Notes under the pieces: model-generated
Databases searched by the model: none
Seen by the model: only the letters and a program-made list of their open reading frames with translations
What the model was told of the DNA's origin: nothing
Made by a program: the position numbers and the translations under genes
Source: Pelagomonas calceolata
Lineage: Eukaryota
NCBI GenBank assembly: GCA_918797485.1
Contig: CAKKNE010000005.1
Span: 1,612,001 to 1,676,000, forward strand
Direction: 5' to 3'
Length of the DNA: 64,000 bases
Shown: positions 37,959 through 49,346 of the stretch, one piece after another
How the letters are laid out: each line of letters begins with the position of its first letter
Position numbering within the stretch: the stretch's first letter is position 1

Positions 37959-40566
37959 ATGGAGATTAGTTCAGAACATTCTGCGCCGAGGAGGATAAAG
38001 CATAAGCCGTTTCATAAGTGGTCGCCAAGTGTACTGATCGAAGCTTTAAAGGACAAGTTTGCAACTCAGTCTAATTCGGTGCGAAGGGCGTTCCGAGAAG
38101 TTGCCCAGCCCGGGTGCACCCCGGTGCAATAGTTCATTTCGTTTCACAAGCAGTAGCGGCCCCTGTTAATGCAGGCAAGATCGAATTACAAAGCCGCAAA
38201 TTCGTCGTCTTTTGCACAACTTGAATCTCGTGGGAGTGGGCCCGAAAGTTTTGACAGAAGTGTTCAATACAATAGATGTTGATAGAAATGGGTCAATCGA
38301 CTATCGAGAGTTCAAGGACGCGTTCGGAGAAGGCATCTGTGGTGGTGGATATGAGGGGATGGATGTTTTCCATGGCGAAAAGTCTCATATTGAAAATATT
38401 AAAAACCGCTGTCTACGCAACAGCCCACGGAATATGAAGTTGGAAACTGCAATCACAGAATTGCGCACTCGAATGGCAACTCAGCACACGAAGGTCAAGA
38501 CAGCATTTCGAGCACTTGATCGAGACAGCTCTGGCAAGTTGGAGAAGGGAGAACTTCTATTGCTGCTGAAAAATTATCACATTAAATTACGCGACGCGGA
38601 TGTAGATAAACTAATTGCACGTATTGACACGGATAATTCTGGGAAAGTATCTTATCGAGAATTCAACAATTTTTTCGGATCAGATATAGCGGGTAGCGCC
38701 TTTGGCAACAGCACGGCGATGAATTCGGGATTGGGGAGGATAGAGGATAAATGCTGTTTTGAACGAAATGAACAATTATACAAGAAAAATAGCTACCAGC
38801 GCCACCAGAATTGGACCACAACTGACTTCATGAATGCCATGGAGTCAATCCTAATGACTCGAGCTCGTACTGTACGACGTATCTTTCGAATAGCAGACGT
38901 GGACAAATCTGGCTGTATCGATGCAAAAGAATGGCACAATGCCCTCAGCCAAATGAACCTTGAAATGTCTCATGAGAAGGCGAAGCAATTCTTTGATGCC
39001 CTGGACAAGAATGGTGATGGCCTTATAAATTATCGCGAATTTGTTGCCGCTTTCGGAGACATCGTTGCAGGATTTCGTGATACTGGGATTATTTCTAGCG
39101 CCAGCCCGCGACTAAAGCAACAAGTCGAGTTCGGAAATTCCATGTGCCAGCCACGGCTTGAGTCGAAGATGCCTCGATACACAGTAAGTCAGATTAGGGA
39201 GGTAGTTGCCAGACGCTTGGGTGGTAAATATACTTCGGCATGCTCTGCTTTTCGCAACCTAGATTTAGACAAGGACAGTTCCCTCGACAAAGAGGAGTTC
39301 AGGCATTTTATCAAATCGCTGAATATTGAACTTCATGATGAAGACTATGAAATGCTATACTGTGAGCTAGACCGTGACAAGAATGGTAGTATCGACTATA
39401 AAGAATTTTTGTTTTGGTTTGGAGAGGCCATCTGCGGTGCACCTTGGCAAGCAAATCAATCGACAGGCCTTTGCACGCGTGGTATCCCTCACACTGCTAA
39501 TCGAATACCCGAACCATGGCTTTTATCCAGCGAGGAAGCTCTACGACTATTGCATATCAAGCTCACTGAGACATCAACCTCGGTCAACAAGGTTTTCAAG
39601 CGATATAATAAGGACCGTGCTAGTCAATTATGCAGGAAACAATTCAAGATGATGTTTGACAACTACCATCTGCATGTTAATGATGACATTGTCCGGGAGA
39701 TTGTAAAACACATACAGCGGACTCATGGCAAGTTCCCAGCGGATGGCAATGGTATCACCTTCCCACTATTTGTCAGGGAATTTGGGAAATCCATAGCGGG
39801 CGGGGCCTATGTTGGTGTCGTTGATCACAATTCTAATTCAACAAGAAACTGCAGAGATATAAAGCCGACACCAAAATGTACTGCAAAACAGGCACGCGCA
39901 TTGCTCATAGACAAGCTTGTCACGAACTTCAAGCACAGTCGGGCAGCCTTCACTCGATTAAATATTGCTAGTTGTCATGCCATGAGCAGAGGAGAACTCC
40001 GAAATGCTTTAACCTGCTATCACATCCACCTCGACGACGATGCGTTTGGTGAGTTTGTACAGGAATTTGACAAAGACAATAATGGAGTCATTGACTTCCG
40101 CGAGTTTCTCTCTGTTGTTGGCGCTGACGTCAGTGGGGCTTCAGACAATGGCCTTAGTGTCACAATGCAGGCAGCTGACGACCAACAAAAGGCAAGGTTG
40201 AGGAACCTGCACAAGCAACTAGCCCATCAAAATTACCATAGCTCTGACTCGGATACCGATTCTAGCGAGCACCAACAAAACTCTCCCCACGAAGCAAAAA
40301 ATGATCATGAGGTGAAGCTTAGTAAGGACAATGAGACATGCAAAGTTGCCAGAAAAAGGTGCCAGCTAGATTTAGCTAAGTCTCGGCAAAACAAGTGTCC
40401 GCCATTGCCAACTATCTGGGATCTATCTGGCCTCAAGACCTCAGATGCACGGCAGGTGCCAGTAGGTCACGCGGCTCTCCATCGCAAACACTGGCGCATC
40501 CCTCCTTCACGTCCTCTCCAGCGAGTGATTTCAGGGCCTCTCAACATGACCCATTGTCGAAGGTGA
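37959..40566 (+). CDS. Multi-EF-hand calcium-binding protein (EFCAB6-like architecture); first intron approximate
   Basis: Many EF-hand loops (DVDRNGSIDYREF, DRDSSGKLE, DTDNSGKVSYREF, DKNGDGLINYREF, DKDNNGVIDFREF). Upstream ATG exon at 37959. Confidence 0.82.
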
Positions 40567-41394
40567 GACATTGGTAGAGCTTGAGCTCCGAGCTTCTGTG
40601 GTATCTTACATCTTGATATCCAGGAGCGCGCAAACAATCACTTGTCCGAGGTGGCTGGCAAACACTTGTGCAAGGTCACTGGAGGTGACGTTGTTGATGT
40701 GGTATTCGTTTCCGACCTGGCGCAAAGCCACCGGCGAGCGCCAGTCAGCGGGCAGTTTGTGACGGTGCGCACCAAAATTCAAGGGCCGGCAGGCTTGGCC
40801 GGCTGTGCAATGGCCTCTCGAAGTACCTGCAGCTCGTTTCAATTCCAGCCAAGTAACTGTGCCGGTCGCAACTTTGTTTTGAGGCCCACTCGACCCCTCA
40901 CCACTGGACCTCTAGTGGCCTCCGAGAAAAAGACCTGGGCGACCTGTCAGGCTAGTCTAGCACCCAGTACGCGAGTCCCGAGTACTGATCCGATGTCAGC
41001 AGCCGTCCGTTCAGGTTTAAGACGACGCCCGAGTCCGGTTCAAAATAAGGAACCCTGAAATAAGGAGCCTTCCTTTAGGTCTCTACTTTAGGTCGTTGCT
41101 CTCAAGTAGCCTAGGCCAAGAGAGACTCGGAGTCTTGACCTTCTCAGGCTGGCCCGGGTTACGTGTGGAGCCTGAGCCTGAGCCTGAGAGGTGGAGGCGG
41201 CCCGGGACAGGGGGAGTGGAGAGGTCAGAAACCCACAAACCATCAATGACTCACGCTAGCGAACCCGAGCCAGCGAGCTAACGAAAAAATTTAACACCCG
41301 TGACACTCTCACTCTTCACGGATTTTTTTTTTCGGAGGTTGCGCAGTTGTTTCACTCCACAAGGGCCCTTATTATCTCCAGTGCAGAAAGAGGG

Positions 41395-42321
41395 ATGAGC
41401 GATACACGACTAGAATGTCGTTTCTACGAAGAGCCATTTCCAGAGGTCGAATCGCTCGTGATGGTGAACGTGAGAAACATTGCGGAAATGGGCGCGTATG
41501 TGACTCTACTTGAGTATAACAACATAGAAGGAATGATCTTGCTTAGCGAGTTGAGCCGACGCCGAATCCGTAGCATCAACAAGTTAATCCGAGTAAACAG
41601 AAACGAGGTGGTAATGGTACTGCGTGTCGACAAGGAGAAGGGGTATATTGATCTCAGTAAGCGGCGCGTCTCTGCTGAAGATGTAGCGAAATGCGAAGAG
41701 CGTTACAACAAAGCCAAGGCGGTACATCGTGTGATGCGGCATGTAGCAGATAGACAAGGGAAAAGATTAGAAGAGTTGTATGAGATGGTCGGCTGGCCAT
41801 TGTATCGAAAATATGGCCATGCATATGATGCATTGAAACTCTGTCTATCGGGCGATGATGACGATGTCCTTCAAGTTTGCCCAAACATTGAGAGCGCCAC
41901 TAAAAACTGCCTGTTGGACTTCGTTAAGAAAAAACTCTCCCCACAGCCTATCAAGGTCCGAGCAGATCTTGAGGTCACTTGCTTCTCATACAGTGGTATC
42001 AATGCAATCCGTGAAGCACTTATCCACGGCCAACGTGAGTGTGTAGATGTGTGTCCAATCCAGATCAGGCTAATTGCCCCTCCAATGTATGTCTTGACCA
42101 CCATGACTTTGGATAAAGAGCTTGGTATTCAGACCTTAACATTAGCTATTTCTGCCATAACTGAAAAAATCCTTGAAAGAGGTGGAAAAATTGATATCAA
42201 AATGTCCCCAAAGGTCGTGTCAGCGCGCGAAGAAACCGAGCTTCAAATCATGATGGACCGTCTGGCCCAAGAAAACGCGGAGCAGGACGGTGATGAAGAT
42301 GAAGATGCGGATTGTCGGTGA
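41395..42321 (+). CDS. EIF2S1: Translation initiation factor eIF2 alpha
   Basis: CRFYE..FPEV, S1 domain, ILLSELSRRRIRS (Ser51 site), KGYIDLSKRRV, LIAPPMYV. Confidence 0.98.
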   Translation: MSDTRLECRFYEEPFPEVESLVMVNVRNIAEMGAYVTLLEYNNIEGMILLSELSRRRIRSINKLIRVNRNEVVMVLRVDKEKGYIDLSKRRVSAEDVAKCEERYNKAKAVHRVMRHVADRQGKRLEELYEMVGWPLYRKYGHAYDALKLCLSGDDDDVLQVCPNIESATKNCLLDFVKKKLSPQPIKVRADLEVTCFSYSGINAIREALIHGQRECVDVCPIQIRLIAPPMYVLTTMTLDKELGIQTLTLAISAITEKILERGGKIDIKMSPKVVSAREETELQIMMDRLAQENAEQDGDEDEDADCR

Positions 42322-42602
42322 CCACTATTCAAATTTCATCAGTATCTGAATGCTAGAAATCGATTCTATCACCAGTCATGGTGTGCAAAATGGCATCAAC
42401 TTCCAGTGGTGCGATCTCCACTCGTCGTAGTATCGACGGTTGCTCTTAACCTAATTATTATTAGCCCAGTCACGGTGGGCCTTTTTGCCCTGGTAAGCGC
42501 GAGGCTTGTTGGGGTACTGCCAGTGAAGTTAGTTCGAGAAACTTAGCCCTCCTTCTCAGGTCGCCTTCAAGCCTGAGTTAGCCAAACACCGGAAATTCCC
42601 TT

Positions 42603-42903
42603 TGCGATGCAGGGGGAAATAGAGTGTGTAGCTCCGGACTTCCTCGGCAGCGTAGTGTAGTCGTCTAACGAAATAGTTTCTCCCGTGTTTGATGGGGTTT
42701 GCGACGGGAAATTCGTCCGTCAATAAAAGGTGACTCAGGATGATAATAGTTAGGAGTGAGAGGCGACTCCCCTACTAAGGGGATATCGGAGTACCCTAGG
42801 ATGGGAAGTAGCCTAGGCGGGTAATATAAGTACGGGTTGTGCTTGGATACGTCTCAGTTGAATCTTGGGATCCTACTAGACGCCACGGTGTATTTCCATT
42901 GCA
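42603..42903 (-). mobile_element. ~301-bp LTR (TGCAA...TCGCA) preceded by a polypurine tract GGGGGAG (42904-42910)
   Basis: TG..CA ends and adjacent PPT. The 5' part matches 45752-45858 and the 3' part matches 46775-46951 on the + strand. Confidence 0.75.
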
Positions 42904-43475
42904 CTCCCCCATTGTCGTGATCGTGATAAGATGCGATAATCATGAAATCGCGGCAAGGAGGATAACATTTAAGATTAACATCATGATTTCAATAACTTGA
43001 AGGTTGATCATCCTGATGGTATCATGATTGTTAGTACCGACATCATGATGTAACATTTAATAGTTGAACATTTAGCAATTTAGTTGTCTTTGTGTGTTGT
43101 GTCGTTTAAAAGTTTCTTTCGGTCACGGTCATGCCACGCCGCGCCGAGCATAATACCCGCCGAGTTGCTCGAGGTACATTTCGGCCTTGTGCGCAGCCGT
43201 TAACGCACGCACGAACGCCGGCTCCGTGGCAACACCCGCGCACGACTCAATGGGACCGGGGTTATGAGCGCGCCTCGCGGCTCAAACCCCGTATTCCGTG
43301 AGGCCCGCCGCCCACTCGTAGTTCTGGCGTTAATGGTACTACTATCGATGCTTCAAAGCCAGTCTGTGGAGATAGTAGGCGCCATCCTGGAAGTGACGGC
43401 TCGGATATTTTATTTTACCCTAGGACTTTAAGTATCTTCGGTACCTAACGCCGTCATACAACAAAAATCCACGCG

Positions 43476-45201
43476 ATGAGTGGTGTGTCGGTCTTGCAAC
43501 ATTTCGAAGTATATCAAAAATCACGGGTAAGTGTAACTTTGCAGGGGGACGTACAACATAATTACCGTAGGTCGCCTTTGTCCAGGCTGTGGCAGAGGCG
43601 GCAACACGCCCGCAAAATATTGAGGTCATGCAGAATGCTGGTGTTATGCAACTTTTGCGTCCACTCTTGCTAGATAATGTATTGCTCGATGAAATAATGA
43701 TAGCAACTTAGATTATTAACATCGGACTGATAGGTGCCAAGTATTCAACAGTCTGCCGCCCTTGCTCTTGGTCGGTTAGCCAATTATAGTGAGGATTTAG
43801 CAGAGGCAGTTGTTGGTAATGAAATTCTTCCCCAGCTCGTTTACTCACTCTCTGAACAGAATGTACGTGATGCGTTTCATCATTTTACATGAATTTCTGT
43901 GCGTAGCGCTTTGTGAAGAAGGCCGCTTCATTTGTCCTCCGAGCAGTTGCGAAACATTCGCCTGATCTTGCCCAGGCAGTAGTTGATTCTGGTGCACTGG
44001 ACGCCCTAGTCCCATGTCTTGAAGAATTCGACCCAACAGTAAAAGAGGCAGCTGCTTGGGCAATTGGTTACATAGCACAACACACAGCAGAGCTGGCCCA
44101 GGCAGTCGTCGACGCTGGTACAGTTGCACTCTTAGTCCTGTGCATCCAAGAACCAGAGATAACTCTCAAGCGTATATCTGCATCTGCCCTGTCCGATATC
44201 TGCAAGCACTCGCCCGAGTTGGCACAAGCTGTCGTAGATGCTGGTGCTGTGGCTTATTTGGCCCCGTTGATTGTGCATCCTGATGCAAAATTGAAGCGCC
44301 AAGTGTGCAGCTGTCTCGCTCAGATAGCAAAACACTCTGTTGACTTAGCTGAGGTAATTGTTGAGGCAGAAATTTTCCCAAATGTCCTAAACTGCCTTAA
44401 AGACACTGATCCTTTTGTGAGAAAGAATGCTGCAACCTGTATCCGAGAGGTTGCCAAACATACCCCAGAGCTTGCAAAACTAATTGTAAACTCTGGCGGG
44501 GCTGCTGCCTTAGTGGATTACGTTTCTGAAGCTCAAGGAAATGGCAAGTTGCCCGGTATCATGGCGATTGGTTACATCGCAGCTTTCTCTGAAACACTAG
44601 CACTAGCCATCATTGTCTCAAAGGGTGTAGCTCCGCTGAAAGAAGCACTGGTTACAGAGCCAGAGGATCATATTAAGGCAGCTTCTGCATGGAGCCTGGG
44701 TCAAATCGGTCGTCATACCTCAGACCATGCACGGGCGTTGGCAGAGGGCGACGTCCTGCGTCACTTGTTGGCCTGTATGGTGCACCAAGACAGCTCAGAG
44801 GACCTCAAAACTAAGTCCAAACGTGCTTTGAAGGCCATATTGGCCAAGTGCACGCATCTCCAGGCTCTGCAACCGCTCTTGCGTGAGGCACCGGTTAAAG
44901 TGCAAAAGTATGTGCTCAAACAATTTGCATCAATACTTCCTCATGATGTTGAAGCGCGCCGCGCATTTGTCCAGAATGGTGGATTGCAATTTCTACAAGG
45001 TTAGTGAGCTTGGTGCCTTTGAGTTGCCTTAGTACTTGTGTTCTTGTCCGCACAGAGCTCAACGAAACTGTTGGTGGTAAACTAACAAAATTCATCCAAC
45101 AGATAAATAGCTGCTATCCGCCTGAAATAGTCGAATATTATTCACCAAATTATTCGAAGCGCCTTTTAGAAAAGATAGAAGATTACGCTCCCAGCCTATA
45201 G
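43476..45201 (+). CDS. SPAG6: Axonemal central-apparatus protein PF16/SPAG6; introns 43527-43570, 43679-43733, 43863-43906, 45000-45055
   Basis: Armadillo repeats VAKHSPDLAQAVVDSGAL, CLEEFDPTVKEAAAWA, C-terminal YPPEIVEYYSPNYS. Four GT-AG introns restore the frame. Confidence 0.97.
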
Positions 45202-45751
45202 TCATGCAGCAGCTGAACATTGACTTGAGCACCAGGTATTTTGGCTGGACTTCTGATAAGCTGCCTGAGGCAGAGGGACAAGCAAGCTCCCTGGACGCGT
45301 CGGGCAATCCTGATGCGGCTTGTGCTGGGCTAAATTGCAAATCACTGGGTCAACCCGCAATTTGCCTAATTCACCGACCCATCCCAGCCACGCAGAGAGG
45401 CTGAGTAACCCGGTAAAAAAAGGCATGATAAACTTTTCACGGTCACCTGCCCTGAGGGCAGCTAAAAACACGTACAATATGATCCTTTCGGCTGTGCGCC
45501 TTCCCGCGGTCCCGCGGATGGATCGAAGCGCAGCTCCGGCGGCTTTCGAGCCTGGGGGGATCGGGGGGGGATTGGGGCGCGCTGCGCCGCCAAAGACAGC
45601 CGTCTACCGCCCATAACTTCGCACCACCCGATCCGTTTGTTAGGGTCGAATGGGAATATGATAGGTCTGCCGCCTCGTCCGAGGTCGGGGGCGCCGTACG
45701 CGACCACTCCGACGTATCATGATTAGCCCTAGAAGCCAGCGACCCTCAGAA

Positions 45752-46951
45752 TGCAATGGAAATACACGTCTAGTAGGATCCCAAGGTCCAACTGAGACGT
45801 ATCCAAGCACAACCCGTACTTGTATTACCCGTCTAGGCTACTTCCCATCCTAGTGTACTTCCCATCCTAGGCTAACGGAACTGTCCAGAGGCATTGAACA
45901 ACCCTCCGGACGTTTTAAAACCTAACTTAAGTTGAACCTAAATCATTATAAAACATCACTAAACGTTATTCAATTACCAAACTCCACAAATTAATATATT
46001 AAACACGAAACTCAGAAGGCTCGCAATCTCGAAACTAACATAAGATGGCGGACCCCCTCCTGCCGCCGCAGAAGCCGGCGTCAACCCTTCTACGGAAGAC
46101 CCGGAAGAAAACAAAACATGGGACGAACTATTCGTCAACAATCCCGACGAATACTTCGGCAATACGAACTCAAGAAACTTTTACAAGCACATTCATCGTA
46201 CAAAAATGCGAGAGCATAATAGGTATGATGCCCCAACATTACCAAAATGACAGCAAAAACATAACTTGAACAGAGAAGATCTACAAGTTGTTTACTCTCT
46301 CTCTCCCAACTTGAAGAGACTTCAAGTTGATCTTCAAGAAATAAAATCCTACTACCCAGACGGAGAATTTGAGATCACAGATCCGTGGTTACCAAACAAC
46401 ATGGGCGCCGATAGGATAAACGCGATATGTCACCCTGGGCTGGCAGCCTGAGAATGATTACCGCAACTTGGCAAGTACAAGCCAGTGAACGTGCGTACTG
46501 GGGCACAACTGGACGCGGCTCTGCTCATATTGAGGGACGTACGTCAAGAGATGCATTAGATCACCTTTACTGGATAAATGACCTCAAAGGCAATGACGAA
46601 AAACGAGGAGCACGGCAGTGCTTTGCACTGATTCCCAAGTTGCCAGACCCCGTGGTACTAAAGTACGGAGAGAGGTTGTGCTCATACGCGTTCTTAATAG
46701 TCTAGGAGGGAATAAGGACTACCGTGACTCAGGCTAGGATAGGGATAGGGGTCACCGGGTATTTTTCTAGCATTCCTCCCGTCGCAGACCTCCTGAAACA
46801 TGGGGCTACCTATTTCGCTGAACTACTACACTACCGTGACGCCGCTGTCGCCGCCGCGGCGGCGGCCGGGGCCGGCCCACTGCCAGTGGCAGGAATCATC
46901 ATGATCATGATGATGATTACACACCCTATTTCAAGTTCCCCCTGCATCGCA
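45752..46951 (+). mobile_element. Decayed LTR retrotransposon: 5' LTR part, frameshifted gag-like remnants (~46045-46705), 3' LTR part
   Basis: Both ends are homologous to the 42603-42903 LTR. The A-rich interior has broken ORFs. The gag assignment is positional inference only. Confidence 0.62.
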
Positions 46952-47119
46952 AGAGGCCACATATCTACTCGCCTTTCCATTTATACAGGCCCATTGTGCG
47001 TTGCGAGGATTAATTCGGCCATCCCACTCGGCCCCAGAGGGGCGCCGCCGTTGCGAAACCCCCTTCGTTATAGATACATTGTGTATAGATACATTGTGAC
47101 AAATAGGTGAAGCGCTAAC

Positions 47120-48337
47120 ATGGATCAAGAACAGACACTGACGCGAGAGGTTCTTCGGTGGATCCAGTCACTGGTGCGAAGGCAAATGAGGGAGGGGGTT
47201 AGGCCAGAGGATGAGTTCGCGTGGGGGAGGGGAAACTCGGACAGTGGTAATGTGCGTGTGTAGGACCTGGCGTACAGCGTCAAAAACGTTAAGCGAGACT
47301 TCAGTAATGGATTTCTGGTGGCCGAAATTTACTCACGATACTATGACAAGGACGTTCAGATGCACAGCTTTGATAATGGGATTGCGCTGCGAATAAAGAA
47401 AGATAATTGGAGTCAGCTTCTGAAGTTTTTCCACAAGGTTGGAGTTCAGGACGTTGTCACCCCCGCCGAGGTGAATCTAATTATTCACTGTGAAGATGGC
47501 GCCGTCATCAAGTTTGTGAATAGGATGTATGAGGCACTTACGCAACGAACTTTAAAAAAGGTTTCACGCCGATTACTTCCCGCTAAGCCTCAAGCGTTTA
47601 CGCGCGAGACGGGCTCGACGGCAATCCGAGCCTGCCTTCGCGGCGCAATGCTAGCTGAAACCTCTGACGAGACGACTCAAGCTTGTCAGCTTGCAGAGCG
47701 CGTTGGTCTCCACGAGCAGAGCCTCCAGGAGGAACGAAGCCTAGAACCAGACAGATTTCACTTTGTTCGTGCGTCAAATGCACAAGGGGGTCCCATGCGC
47801 GCATCAGCACGCGTTGTTGACGCAGAGGCAGCAGCGGCGCCCAAAGTTACTGTAAAGGCTATTCAGGTGCGCCAGGTAGATAAGACTATTACACGGCCCC
47901 GTGGACGGGACGAGTCAAGTGTCAGCATGGACCTTCATGTGTCAGCTTTGTCGCAGACGACCCCCCGTCCTCCAGTTTCCGGTGATGGTATTTCAACAAC
48001 GTGCGATGCCATCGCCAATACACCAGCACTTGTCCAATCTTCAAATGATAATGCAGAAACTCTTCCTACCAAGGAGGCTGTTACAGCGTGTGCCCGCCTT
48101 GTGGGTGAAGCGGCTGCACTTGCCTCTTCTTTCGCGTCTGTGACAGTTTCTGAAGCCAGCAAGCAGGACTCCAACCTAACATCATTGCAGATTCAACAGC
48201 TAAGGGAGGTTGGATACGACTATAACTCTGCTGGTGCTCACGCTGAAGCTGCCGCTTGCGAGCTGCGTGTCTTCGAGGAAAAGCTATCTCGCGCTGAGGC
48301 TGCCTATCGTAAGATTAAGGAGACGTGCTCAACCTGA
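47120..48337 (+). CDS. SPATA4: SPATA4/SPEF1-type calponin-homology (CH_2) flagellar protein; intron 47174-47263
   Basis: LTREVLRWIQSL|DLAYSVKNVKRDFSNGFLVAEIYSRYY..MHSFDNG..KKDNWSQL. Confidence 0.85.
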
Positions 48338-48391
48338 CCAGGGTCTGTGAAAAAGAGCCTTGTCGAATTTGACAGGAAGAATGCGGACTGA

Positions 48392-48445
48392 GAATCGTCA
48401 ATCGTCAATCGTCCAATCGTCCAACAACAACAACAACAACAACAA
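48392..48445 (+). repeat. Short tandem repeats: (AATCGTC)-like x4 followed by (CAA)8
   Basis: Read directly from the sequence. Confidence 0.9.
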
Positions 48446-49346
48446 ATCAATAATTAAGGAATATCCTAAAGAAAAAGGACAACAACAAATCCACCTGGCT
48501 GCTCAGGCTCAGGCTGAATCAGCCTGAGTGCAAGGTCCGCATCTGCCCCCCCCCCCCACCCCCCTTCAAGGCAAATGGACAGATAATTAGATAGTACGCT
48601 GCACGACTGTCGCACGGACGTGGAAGGGGGGGGGATTCGACTCGCCGGAGTAAGTCACCGTGAGGGAAGTCGTGAGGGTCTCAATCGAAGTAGCGTGATC
48701 CACACAACCTCACGATGAGCGGCTGTGGGGAGATGCTACTAAATTTCCTCGGATGAAACCCAGATTAGAGCTCTAAAGACGGAAGCACAGTCCGTCTTCG
48801 CATTACCCGGAAGCAGCTGGCCGCCTGGGTTATTCGCCATGGTCGTTGGTGGGTTTAGGGCCGCCTGTCGCAGTGCTTCCATTCAGACCGCCGGGAGCCT
48901 AACTTCGCGGGGCCGTCTCATTCGCGTGCAGTATCGGTCCAACTGATCTGACGGCCGCTTTTGATTTGACGGAATAGCCCGGAGGCCGATTTACAGCCGG
49001 CCCAGGCTTTCTAAGCGCAGCCCGCCCCGTGAACCAGGGTGCCGTATGAGACCCCAAGGTGCTGCGGAATGCAGGCCTTTTGCATGAACCATCCGACTCG
49101 GAGGGGCAAATCAGCTAGCTAGCTAGCTCAGGCTAGCAAGCTCAGGCTAGTTTGATGGTAAAGGCTATTCAAGTTATTAAACGAGCATTTGCTTAATCAC
49201 TACGACCGTAGATTTAATTAAGGACTCGGAAATGACGAAGAAGATCGATTCGAGGACAGCCACGCCGCGATTATTTGTCAAATTGCCATTCAAGGGGTCT
49301 GCTGAGAATTACTTTCAGTGTAGTAGCCTCCTCTCCTCTCCTCTCC

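Noticed and set aside
42247..42254. ATCATGAT inside eIF2-alpha as a scar
   Set aside because: The peptide ETELQIMMDRL is colinear with the conserved eIF2-alpha C-terminal helix, so there is no insertion.
42791..45858. ~110-bp inverted repeat flanking SPAG6, suggesting a Pack-type transposon that captured the gene
   Set aside because: The repeats are parts of a TG..CA LTR with a PPT, and the rest of that LTR is found at 46775-46951. They are two independent, oppositely oriented LTR copies with no TSD.
48851..48860. CCCTAAACCC on the minus strand as a telomerase RNA template
   Set aside because: A 10-nt match is near chance level in 64 kb. No supporting promoter or structure was identified.
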